Assembly: GCA_964016885.1 (NCBI GenBank)
Contig: OZ024740.1
Coordinates: 138,632,001-138,696,000, forward strand
Source of the DNA: Eledone cirrhosa
Lineage: Eukaryota
DNA length: 64,000 nt
Direction: 5' to 3'
The notes beneath the pieces are model-generated. The model was not told the origin of the DNA and ran no database searches. It saw only the letters and a list, made by a program, of their open reading frames with translations. Below are positions 38,135 to 50,411 of the stretch, piece by piece. The translations under genes and the position numbers were made by a program. Position 1 is the stretch's first letter, and each line of letters begins with the position of its first letter.

Positions 38135-38404
38135 GTGGAAAAGAGGAAGGAACGAGGGAGCACCCCCTCTCTGTGCTCCTGAGGAAAAGGGTTGCACACT
38201 TTTTTCGGGGGTGTGTGCGACCCCCCAAGGCGCCTCCTCTTTATTGAGGATTTTGTTATATATTTTATTTTTTGTTATATTTTATTTTATTTTTATACTT
38301 TGTTATTGCCTCCTCCTTATTGAGGACGCCTTTTTGTGTAAACTCCCCCCTTTGTACTTGTCCCACTTTTGATGCCCTGGTGGCAAATAAAAGAAACATA
38401 TCTA
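38135..38404 (+). mobile_element. 3'-UTR-only Tx1 copy D (A-related)
   Basis: Similar to 27881-28148; starts right after CTATAG and ends GCAAATAAAAGAAACATATCTA. Confidence 0.9.
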
Positions 38405-39062
38405 TATAACAAAGGAATTGTGGTAAGGAACCAGATGGACCATAACGCACCAGAGTACTCAATACTTAGTGTAGTAGAGTGGGAAATAGGAAAAAGTATG
38501 ACCCCGACGGCAGAGCTCAAGCCGTTTCGACGGCTATTTCTGGACTCTGAGTCCAGAAATAGCCGTCGAAACGGCTTGAGCTCCACCGTGGAGGTCATAC
38601 TTTTTCCTATATATATATATATATGTGCACATACACGTACTCACATACATACACACATTTAATTGTTTTGAACAATTGCTGGACCAAATTCGTGGCTTCA
38701 GTCATTGCATTGAAGTCGATTCATTTGTCGATTCGGAGCCTCTTCTTGGTCACTCAATAGGTAAGAAACTGCACCCAAATCTCATTTAAATTGAACCCAT
38801 CTTGGAAAGAAAGTAACCTGTTAAGTAATGTTGCTGTAAATATTCAATGCTTTTTAGATGAAGTAGCGAGTGGATCATGCCTAGGAATCCCTCGATAATA
38901 TATCTGCTGAGTAAGGGTTGTCCTGTGAATGTAAACTATCACCATCATCACCATACTCACCGTTCTCATCATCTGCGTCGTTATCATCACCATCTCATCA
39001 TGGTCGTTGTCGACTGAGGATGATCATAATCATCATTATCATCATCATCACCGTCGTCATAG

Positions 39063-39097
<35 letters not shown>

Positions 39098-39868
39098 GTC
39101 GTCATCGTCGTCGTCGTCGTCATCATCATCATCGTCGTCGTCGTCATCATCATCATCATCATCATCGTCGTCGTCCTCATCATCACCATCACCACTGCCA
39201 TCCTCCTCATCTTCCCCCTCCCCCTCATCATTATCCTCCTCCTCCTCACCATCATCATCGTTACGCCACCAACACCATCATCATCATACTATTCTAAAGA
39301 ACAGAAGCCTACACTTGACCCTCCATACCACCTCCCCTACACACACATCTAAAGATTTTTTCCTCATCATGATTCCTGCATTAAAGATACTTTAACTAGG
39401 GCATTTGAAGCAGCCAACAGCTTATTATCACCACTGCTTTTCATCTCCCCTCCCACATTCCCTAGTTCCATCACATACACACACATACACACACACACAC
39501 ACATGCCTTTAATCTTATAAATTTATTTATTATATTTTTATGTATGTCCTTTTTTTTTATCAAAAGTGCTTTTGGTCCTTTATCTGATTTTTGTTTCATT
39601 TGTTTTTCTTTTAGACCAATTTTTTCGCCAGCTCCTTTTTATATTTATTTATTTATTTATTTATTTTTGCTTTCGCTTCCATATATTTTGACTGACATTG
39701 CAGTTAAACGTGTATGTGTGTATGTTTACACTCACATATGTGTAATACATATACACAGACACATGCATATATATATATATATGTAGGAGGTGAGTTTTAT
39801 TGTAGTACAATAAAGCAATGCAGATATCGGATAAGAAGCACTCTACAGTTTGTAGGACTGGAGTATAC

Positions 39869-40209
39869 ATAATATAAGATCAAAAGATGGTTAAAGGAGT
39901 TCCATGTATTTTATTATGCGCATTTCAAAAACAAACATCATCATGCAATAATATTTGTGTTTTCATCAGATAAAACAGGAGAACATGATATGAAGGCTAA
40001 AAAACACTTGTGGATAGTGCAGTTTTAAATCAACATATCATATGTTGATTTAAAACTGCACTATCCACAAGTGTTTTTTAGCCTTCATATCATGTTCTCC
40101 TGTTTTATCTGATGAAAACACAAATATTATTGCATGATGATGTTTGTTTTTGAAATGCGCATAATAAAATACATGGAACTCCTTTAACCATCTTTTGATC
40201 TTATATTAT
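39869..40209. repeat. Perfect ~341-bp palindrome of a pLTR fragment
   Basis: Arms mirror around position 40039. Confidence 0.9.
40102..40170 (+). ncRNA. Type I hammerhead ribozyme (mirror copy 39908-39976 on minus)
   Basis: GTTTTAT-CTGATGA-long GU-rich stem II-GAAA-TGCGCA-TA-ATAAAAT; palindromic stem III. Confidence 0.75.
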
Positions 40210-40340
40210 ATATATATATATATATATGCATGTGTCTGTGTATATGTATTACACATATACACGTTTATATACACACATACAGGTATATATATACACACAC
40301 ACGTATATATACACACACACGTTTAACTGCAATGTCAGTC

Positions 40341-40373
<33 letters not shown>

Positions 40374-40422
40374 AAATAAAGTTAAATAAAAGTCAAATGA
40401 TTAAAATTTAGCTTCATTTATT

Positions 40423-40477
40423 ACTGCTATATATATTTCAGTGACAGCCATCTTTGGCTGTGACCTCTTCAGGCAGT
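40423..40477 (-). ncRNA. Type I hammerhead ribozyme
   Basis: ACTGC-CTGAAGA-GGTCACAGCCA AAGA TGGCTGTCACT-GAAA-TATATA-TA-GCAGT. Confidence 0.75.
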
Positions 40478-41152
40478 TTGAATTAGTATGGTATAGACAA
40501 GTACATATGTTGTTTAGGTGTATAATATTGTCAATACTCTGATATGCACAGTTCCTTGTTTGGTTGTTAATTCACTGAGGAACTGGAGTCATATATATAT
40601 ATTTATTCGGTCCTCAATGTTGCCATTGACTGACCAACGGTCAAAAATACAGATACAATATCGACACAAACACATATATATAGTCTATCAAAGTTCTTTT
40701 GTTGCACATCTGCAACATCGTCAGTGATGCTATTATGTTTCCTCCCGTTGCATTGTATGCTTACGCCATCTTTATTTAGTCTGTTTATTTATTTATATAT
40801 ATATATATATAAATATGTATATAGATACATATATATACACGTATATCTATGTATGTAAACGTACTTTTGTAACATTTGTTCCATTGAGATACTCATGGTT
40901 GATAGATCTATTTTGTTTCCATAGATACATCATAGAGAATGAATGAAGTGAGAAGATAATCGCATTCTAAGTTAAATTCTTATAGATTGTTAATTTTGGT
41001 GAGTAACGAATCTTGGTAAATATAAATCAGAGATAATAAAAACTGTCGGTGTTCAATGAAGCCATATTGAATTTGGAAATATATAGTCGTGTTTTAAATA
41101 AAATAAAACAACATACACACGCGCGCGCGCACACACACACACACATATATAC

Positions 41153-41350
41153 TTATTAAAATAACAGATTAAAGTTTAAGCAAAAAATCGCTGCTTTCAC
41201 CCTTAACGGGAACAGAAGATCCCGTTAAGGGTGAAAGCAGCTATTTTTTGCTTAAACTTTAATCTGCTATTTTAATAAATATTTGCTCTACGGTTTTATA
41301 TATTTTATATATATTATCCTTATCGAGCCCTCTTCGGATTTTAGTCTTCA
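41153..41350 (+). mobile_element. pLTR fragment of the 798-1710 family with a 5' fold-back
   Basis: 41153-41211 is inverted against 41220-41278; the rest is the reverse complement of 813-885. Confidence 0.75.
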
Positions 41351-41771
41351 CAAGAGACCGAGACTGGGTGACTGGCACCTGGAATGTTGCCCCCTTGTAG
41401 CACTGCCAAGCGAAGGATTTCTGGAAATTGTCCACCATATGACCTCAAGAGACCGAGACTGGGTGACTGGCACCTGGAATGTTGCCCCCCTGTAGCACTG
41501 CCAAGCGAAGGATTTCTGGAAATTGTCCACCATATAACCTCAAGAGACCGAGACTGGGTGACTGGCACCTGGAATGTTGCCCTCCTGTAGCACTGCCAAG
41601 CGAAGGATTTCTGGAAATTGTCCACCATATAACCTCAAGAGACCGAGACTGGGTGATTGGCACCTGGAATGTTGCCCCCCTGTAGCACTGCCAAGCGAAG
41701 GATTTCTGGAAATTGTCCACCATATAACCTCAAGAGACCGAGACTGGGTGACTGACACCTGGAATGTTGCC
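41351..41771. repeat. 95-bp minisatellite (4.4 units) built from Tx1 ORF2 pieces
   Basis: Units start at 41351, 41446, 41541, 41636 and 41731. Confidence 0.95.
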
Positions 41772-42252
41772 AGGCACTCACTGCCCTCTACCAAGCGGGC
41801 AATACGATCAGTGGAACTTCCACTCTCGAGTTCTATAGAGGATTAGTGCGATGACGCACTCGGAGAAGCTTTGGGCCTCGACGAAGTAGAACTGACCAGT
41901 ACATTTGCTAAAAGGTGGATGAATGTGGCGAGAATGGCTCGTGTGAATGGGCCTACTCTGACCATGCGCCTATAGGCTAGTTAACTTGAGGAGAGGGGTG
42001 CTCTCCCTGGGTGCCCTAGAAGCGCAGGGTGGTTCAGGATTGGTGGGGTACCCGAGTCACTCCAGGGTCGTCCATTCCCTATCGGGGAATTTATTTTGTT
42101 ATATTTATGTATAGTTTATTTTATATTCTTATATCTTCATTGTTAAATTAGTCTTGCCATTGTGCACTTTTACTCGACCTTATTGTAAACCCCCACTGTC
42201 CCTGTATTTGTATTGTCCCCTACATGTCGGCCCTTGTGGCTAATAAATGAAA
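41731..42252 (+). mobile_element. Internally deleted 3' fragment of a related Tx1 family with an (ATT)n tail
   Basis: KRPRLG, ALTAL, KRWMNVARMARVNGPTL; stop CCTATAG at 41975; CCCTTGTGGCTAATAAATGAAATC then (ATT)n. Confidence 0.88.
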
Positions 42253-42279
42253 TCATTATTATTATTATTATAAAGCATC

Positions 42280-42847
42280 AGTCAGGCACTGGGGTCGATT
42301 TAATCGTCTTTCTCCTCCCCCAAAATTGCTGGCCTTGTGCCTATATAAGAGACCATTATTACTATTATTATTAAAGGCGGTGGATTGGCAGTATCGGTAG
42401 AGGGTCGGATGCCATGCTTTCCAGCATAGTTACATCCCTTTACGATCTGAGTTCAAATCCCGCCGAGGTTGACTTTGCCTTTCATCCTTACGGGGTCGAT
42501 AAAATAAAGTACCAGTAATGAACTGGGTAATTGCTGGCCTTGTGCCTAAAGTAGAAACAATGATTACTATTATTATTACTATATATAAGTACCAGTAATG
42601 CACTGGGATAATTGGTGGCCTTGTGCCAAAAGTAGAAATAATTACTATATATAAGGGCGGTGGAAAGGCAGTATCGGTAGAGGGTCTAACACCATGCTTT
42701 GAGGCAAAGAGTTACGGCCCTTTATGGTATGAGTTCAAATTCCGCCGAGGTTAACTTTGCCTTTCATCCTTACGGGGTCGATAAAATAAAGTACCAGTAA
42801 TACCCTGGAATAATTGCTGGCCTTGTGGCAAAAGTAGAAACAATTAT

Positions 42848-42850
<3 letters not shown>
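42280..42850 (+). mobile_element. Array of Nin-domain SINE copies
   Basis: Full copies at ~42374-42562 and ~42653-42845 plus 3' fragments, with (TTA)n spacers. Confidence 0.85.
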
Positions 42851-42881
<31 letters not shown>

Positions 42882-43172
42882 ATGTGCTTAGAAACGATAA
42901 GCAAAATTTGAAATTTATGTAAATGTTAAGGCTTCATCAATTTTTGTTACTATAGAAAAGTAGTCTAAATAATGGGGCATATAAGACATTGGCACTTGTG
43001 ATACGCAAACCCTAACCTTCATGCTTGCTGAGCATAAGTGCTAGCATGACTACAAAGTACCCATCACACTTTCTTCCGTTGTTTTAAAGCTAGACATAGC
43101 GAATGATAAACAAACAAACGTTTTTCGGTCATCGTTTCTAAACGCACACACACGCGCGCGCGCACGCACATA

Positions 43173-43227
<55 letters not shown>

Positions 43228-43231
<4 letters not shown>

Positions 43232-43517
43232 GTTAGGGTGTTCGGCTAATGGTTCTAATTTCATGAGTTCGACGGGTTTTATCCGTGGGCGAGACACTTT
43301 ATTTCACTTTATTCCAGTCAACTTCTCTGGCTAAAATGTGTTGCACCTATATTTCAAACGGCCGGCTATCTTACAAACTGCGTCTAGCTGAATCTTCCTG
43401 AGAATTCTGTTGATACACGTGTCAATGGTATGCTCAGCCATATGCACCTACATTTCAGGAGCAGGTTGTTTCGTTGGTCAATACACTGGAACACTTGTCA
43501 GAATTGACGCAGTTCAA
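43228..43517 (+). mobile_element. tRNA-derived SINE, CORE-like
   Basis: GAGTTCGA B-box-like, GGGCGAGACACTTTATTTCAC; ends in (CA)n. Confidence 0.5.
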
Positions 43518-45269
43518 CACACACACACACAAACACTCACATACATACACATTCACACGCACCACTTCCTGTCTATTATAGTATCATATTGTACCTTTCA
43601 GCCCAACAATGTGACTCGCTCATTGGCTCGTATATGTGCCAATTACTGGTACTAACGTTAATCAATTACATCTGTCCTTATTAATTTGTGACCTTCTACC
43701 AAACAGAGATATAAATTATATAATATTATAAATCTTATCGTAATTTGGAGTAATTTATCTTTATATATGATAAACGCCATATGGAGATGATATACAGTAT
43801 GCTACGACAGGATATATATCTCTCTCAAGATATGAGATAAAATAGATACGAAAAATGCCTCAAAGATGAAATACATTAAACACGGTTCTACACTTGAATT
43901 ATTATTGAAATACAAAACTTAAATGAGGAGGAAGTTTCAACCAGTACATCGTTCCAGGATCCGGAAATCAATTTCAAAAGAAACCGCTCTACCCCTTTAC
44001 ATTTCGAGAGGAGCTCACATACTCCTTGCTGCCCTAAAGTATTTTATTTCATGTTACAAAATTTATAACAGGGGGCCTCATGAAATAAAGACTCATATAT
44101 ATTCACAAGTACATATCCCTAATGTATATATACTCGGCACTGGTCTACACAGTTACATATTCTCATTCTTATACATATTCGTATGCAACGTGTACAAGAT
44201 GCACAATTTTGCTTACATTAATATACACATCAATACATGAAAAGCAAAACACATAAATGCACACGTACACATACACACACAATCACTCACATATACATGC
44301 ACAAAAGAAAAAAAGTCATCAGGTGACAATAAATGTAGGCTGTGCAATACAAAAACCGAAGATTTTAGTCACATTATTGCCACCCGTGAAATAATGTTTT
44401 CTCATGACTATCTTCCCATAAGAACAATATGGAATGCACTATGGACGACAAAAATAAGAACAAATCAGGTTGAATATATTGAGACTAATGTGTCACAGTA
44501 ACCGCCATCAAATTAAAATATAACCGGCTTAATATTGTTTGGAACCATAGATTGAGAACGCGATGTGTTGTAGTAATCAGCTGCTCATTCGGTATTAATA
44601 TAGTAAGAACGATACACGAGAAGGGCGATCAACACAGGCCATCAATGAGGAATTTGCGGGGTCCAGTACCGCAAATCCTTGTTCAGTTTCAAAATGTGTA
44701 AAACATTCTTAAGATTCAAAGGATAAATGATTATATATGGAACGACGGAAATTTTCTCTTCTTTATAATCTTGCCACCGGGAAGGTGTCCGGTCAAAATA
44801 AACGCAAAATTAACAAAAAGAGACGAACATACATATATACATGCATACGAATATCCACGCGCACACACAACCCATCCCACACATATATATATATACATAT
44901 ATATATATACATACATACTGTAATTTATCCATGTGTAACATAAAGGTAAGTTACTGATTGCTGTGGGCGACACGTTAATAGATTTTATCAGTGAAGTAGT
45001 CAAAATGTAATGCGAAGAGGTGAGATGATAAGACAGTGAAACACGGGCGGGGAAAGAGAGAGAAGATAGCATAATGAGTGATTCTATGCAATTAAGTTAG
45101 GTGCCATGTTTTAGTTGGCGGCAATGTCTTGGATAAAGGCATGCACATCACCACAACACCCATCTCCCTTTCAAGTAATTTAACATAATTTTACATTGCA
45201 ATGTCTACACTAGAAATCATCATCATCAGTAATAGTAGCAGCAGTAGGATCGTTATCGTCATCCTCATG

Positions 45270-45523
45270 ATCAACATCATTCTAATCATCATCATCATCA
45301 TCATCATCATCATTATACTCGTCGTCATCGTCGTATTCGTCGTGATAGTCGTTGCCAACACCACCACCATCCTCCTCCACCACCCCTACTCCCCCCTCCT
45401 CCGCATCATCATCATCATCATCATAATCATTATACTCGTCGTCATCGCCGTGATAGTTGTTGCCAACACCACCACCATCCTCCTCCACCACCCCTACTCC
45501 ACCCTCCTCCGCATCATCATCCT

Positions 45524-45571
<48 letters not shown>

Positions 45572-45702
45572 TATACACGTCGCCATCGTCGTATTCGTCG
45601 TGATAGTCGTTGCCAACACCACCACCATTCTCCTCATCTTCCTCCTTTACCACCCCTACTCCCCCCTACTCCGCATCATCATCATCATCATCATCATCAT
45701 CA
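45270..45702. repeat. Three-copy ATC/GTC/ACC-rich composite tandem repeat
   Basis: GTGATAGTCGTTGCCAACACCACCACCATC...CCCCTACTCC repeated three times. Confidence 0.85.
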
Positions 45703-46181
45703 TGAATGTCTTTGCTGTGGGTCAAAGATAACCGAGGGTGGCTTGGTTAACTTCTTAGTGAACAGCTATAATTTATTCATTTATATTATTTTTTATATAT
45801 TCATGAAGTAAGACACTAGATATTGAGGCTTTCCTTCGTTGCCAATGAAAGTAAGCAATATAATTGAAACTTAATCCCGTCACCTCTTTAACACATAAAA
45901 TATGCCACATATTGTCTTGTAAAATATTTATTTCAAAATCCTCCATTGCCAAGCATATTCAATAAAATTGAAATTTGTTATTTATTAAAAAAAAACAATT
46001 CACCTGTCACCTCTCTCTCTCCCTCTCTCTCTCTGTCTGTCTGTCTCTGTCTCTCTCTCTCTCACACACATATACACACACCTTTCCTCTCTTTCTCTCT
46101 ATTCATACATTTATCAATTTCTCTAGTTCTATGTCTCACACACTGTGTGATAATTCTTTCTGCTCCTCCTCTCTCAATCCC

Positions 46182-46269
<88 letters not shown>

Positions 46270-47000
46270 CCAGATACCTTTTAAACGTAACTTTCCGTAT
46301 TTATTACTGTTATGAGATATTGTTTGTTATTTAGGTATCACTTCTCTGTTTTTAGCCTAAGAAAATATCTATATGCGTGTGTAATTAATACATGCATACA
46401 TTTATTTTTTTAAAATTAATTGAGTTCTTAACACGCAGGATTGATGATGTTTTTGAAAAAACTAATTAACCCACGTGTATATTATTTTACTTTTCTTGTG
46501 AAAAACTAATTAACCCACGTGTATATTATTTTACTTTTCTTGTGACTCGCTTCGTGACGCTATGATATTTCCTCAGTCTAAAGACTGCTGGAATTTCAAA
46601 TTTGGCGGTCATTTGATGCGGGAAGGGACGACTTAGCGGACACGAAAAATAACTGCGGTTAGAAATTTTTTCTTATATCAAAGTTTAATGGGCATCCACT
46701 GATGATTTATAAGTGCCCACCTACATATATTCTTACAGAAAAATATGTCAGGCTTCTACATAAACTGGAAACATTCTCCCAACTTGTAGAAAACTTATAA
46801 TGAAACAATTGTTTGGAAAGAGAGATATATTTTGATTTTAATTATATCTCATATAAAATAATACAACTGGCTTTCCACAGAATACATATAGTTAGCACCC
46901 CAAACACAAAATTGGGATTATACTAACGTATATCCTAATGTTTGTTGAGTGAGATGGTTACCAGTCAGAGTTTAGCTTAAAGCTTTCTCTGTTATTGTAT

Positions 47001-47044
<44 letters not shown>

Positions 47045-47057
47045 TAGATATACATAC

Positions 47058-47107
<50 letters not shown>

Positions 47108-47346
47108 GTATGTATGTGTGTCTACTGGGATATCTATATCATTTATCTAATTCTCCTTAATGTAGAGAAAAAAATGCTGTATCGTGCTGCTATTTCTAGC
47201 AGCATGAAATATCAGCGAGTCTATAATTCCCGCTTTTTCTAACGGTCCAATAAGTGTGTGGGTCATTTTAACGGCTTTATTTATTCACTGGGCAGAGGGT
47301 GATATATCTACATCTATACGGACTTATGTCTAGTAGATTTGGAAAA

Positions 47347-47426
47347 GCTATCTGAAGAGCTATATCTTTCCGTTGGAAATTCTCTGAATTTCCAATCTTT
47401 TGATAAGCGAAACCGTCGGTCATGGC
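47347..47426 (+). ncRNA. Type I hammerhead ribozyme with extended stem II
   Basis: GCTAT-CTGAAGA-GCTATATC..TTGGAAATTC-TCT-GAATTTCCAA..GATAAGC-GAAA-CCGTCGG-TC-ATGGC. Confidence 0.75.
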
Positions 47427-47496
47427 ACTAGAAGAGGTAAATATTTAAATCGTATTTTAATTTATTTGAAAGATTGTTTAATGTTTACTTGTTCCG

Positions 47497-47568
<72 letters not shown>

Positions 47569-47873
47569 AAAGTTAAACAAGGTTCAATGAATACATCGAA
47601 GAATGAGTTTTACAATAGATTGGAAGCACTCAACCGAAAAAAGGTTTTCCAGAGTTATTAATATTAATTCAAAATATTAACAAAATAGATATTCTCGTGA
47701 TCAATTATATGTTATTATACATATTTCAGAAGTACTGAGTTAAGTTCAACAGTACGTCCTCATCAGATAAAATAAAATGATACATGACATACCCTGACAT
47801 AGTAGATGGGTAAGACACTACCATGACTGAATCTTAACCATCTACTATGTCAGGGTATGTCATGTATCATTTT

Positions 47874-47938
47874 ATTTTATCTGATGAGGACGTACTGTTG
47901 AACTTAACTCAGTACCTCTGAAATATGTATAATAAAAT
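47874..47938 (+). ncRNA. Type I hammerhead ribozyme within palindrome 47661-47986
   Basis: ATTTTAT-CTGATGA-GGACGTACTG...CAGTACCTCT-GAAA-TATGTA-TA-ATAAAAT. Confidence 0.7.
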
Positions 47939-47990
47939 ATAATTGATCACAAGAATATCTATTTTGTTAATATATTGAATTAATATATAT

Positions 47991-48604
47991 ATGGTGGCTG
48001 CCAACTCGTTTTCGAGTACGGCCACTACTTTATATCCATGTAGGAGAACCCCTACCGATGCGCTGAAAGAGTGTGACTTTTTAGTCCAGCCAGCGACTTG
48101 AAAACTCTGGTACAAACACTACACTTGTGACAATTATTGACACATATGCTGGGCCCATGTTACCATGCGACGACAAGTGCAGAGAGATCTCCAGATATAA
48201 AGCAATGCCTGTGCCGTGAAGCTTTTATAGTGAGCAAAGGCACTGCACAAAGCCAGTCCCACTCTCTTAACCAAAATGATATTTACCAGAAAGAAGAACA
48301 AGTCAACATCATTGGATACCATCAGAGTTGCAGGTATTATATCAGAGTTTCCTTCTCCTAGAATTCTGCCTTGACAAAGGCTAAGGGGTCATCTCTCCCG
48401 GTGATTTTGGATGGCCATTGACTCTTAAGAGCTCCTTTGCCCTTAGACAGGTCACCAGTTGGTGCTACTGGTAACATGTATCCCAGTACAACCTGTCTCA
48501 TGGTCAGGTCGTTGGCGACTAAACTAGCAACCCCTCCAAGGTTTCTTGGTGAGGAGGGTGACTTTGGAGATCCTGCAGGACTAAAAACAAAACCTGTCAA
48601 AGGG

Positions 48605-48606
<2 letters not shown>
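47991..48606 (-). mobile_element. RTE-derived non-autonomous element with an inverted 5' part
   Basis: 47991-48450 is antisense and 48450-48606 sense relative to the 58895-59438 family. Confidence 0.6.
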
Positions 48607-48700
<94 letters not shown>

Positions 48701-48944
48701 TGTGTGTGTGTGTGAGGTGTCCACCCACTCACTCTATCTTATCACCTCTCACTGCCCTCGCTGTCATTACACTTTATCTTTACTTACTCCACTGATAAAT
48801 TTATTAACGTGTCGCCCACAATTAGCAGCTTAATTTCATGTTTCATCGGAATAAAATACTGGGTACATGTATATGAGCGTATGTGTATGTATACATATTC
48901 CTATGTATGTGTTTGTTTATGAATACACGTATGGATACAATATA

Positions 48945-48991
<47 letters not shown>

Positions 48992-49055
48992 ATCCATACG
49001 TGTATTCATATACAAACACATACATAGAAATATGTATACATATATGTATATATAC

Positions 49056-49185
<130 letters not shown>

Positions 49186-49424
49186 GGGGTGTGTATTATA
49201 TGAACAGATTTAAAGTTTCAGCACAGATTCTTTGCTGTTTATCACAGGGTAATCAGACAAGATGTTTGATTAACAGGCAACATTCCAGAATAACAAGACT
49301 CACTATTTAGCCTTAATAAAATAAATATTAAAACTCTACTTCGGTATTGATTACTCCTTTCTCTCAGTCGTCAACCACACACGGATATATATACATACAT
49401 ATATATATATATATATACATATAC

Positions 49425-50290
49425 AGGGTGCGTCAGTATTTTGAGGACACATCTTTCTTCTAATTTTCTTATTGCTAATTTGTTTGTTTTTTTAATTTTT
49501 CAGATAAATAATGCCAGACATTTAATTGACTCAGCAAATGAAAAGGCAAGCTGTCATCGTTGCCTTAAAAGCACAGCATAGTGATACAGCGATAGCTTAC
49601 TTCTTGAAATTTGCCCGATCCTTCGTCGTCAAAGCTAGAAAGGATCTGCAAGCTTTAGACGGGCATTCAACATCAGCAGCCGAGCGCAAAATCCATGCAC
49701 AAGGTCCTAATACAACCAAAACTCCTAAGTTTGTAAAACAGAGTTTAAAAGTTGATCGATAAATTCCCAGGAAAGTCAATCTGAACCATCGTAAAGGACC
49801 TTACCACCAGTAGAGTTATCCGTGGAGACATCCAATACAAGTCGTATGTGATGCGGCGAGGCCAGTTTATGTCGGATGTGACAAAAGAAAATCGTTTTGT
49901 CCGTGCAATGCACTTACTGAATAAGATAAAACATCGAGAAGCTGGAATGCTTTGACGCTTTTCTGATGAGAAAAACTTTGATTGAGACCAAAGGGTAAAC
50001 CGAAGAAACGATAGATGGCTACACAGAGACCCAAATAAGGTCCCAACGTAATAGTTCTGGGTGTCGTCAGCAATCAATGAGATGTCACGCTTCCTCATTT
50101 TTTTTTCAGGACATAAGGGTCAACGTTGCTGTCTATAAAGTGGTGTTGTAGATAGTTGTGAAGCCCTGGATAGACAAGGTAAACAACGGAAGACCATTTG
50201 TCTTCTAACAAGATTTTGCGCCCTCACATAAGGCTAGAGTGACACCAACATGGATGCATGACAATCTCCACGACCACATTCTTCCAGATC
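49425..50290 (+). pseudogene. Tc1/mariner (maT/DD37D-like) transposase remnant, 5' part
   Basis: HTH-like KRQAVIVALKA, FSDEKNFD, NDRWL, QDFAPSH; begins TA-CAGGGTG. Confidence 0.8.
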
Positions 50291-50298
50291 TATGTATA

Positions 50299-50411
<113 letters not shown>

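Noticed and set aside
41351-41771. CRISPR-like array
   Set aside because: Whole 95-bp units repeat with no unique spacers; eukaryotic context, no cas genes.
43923-44240. Possible degenerate GIY-YIG fragment
   Set aside because: Similarity too weak to support without an HMM search.
49963-49975. CTGATGAG motif
   Set aside because: It is the FSDEK coding sequence of the mariner transposase.
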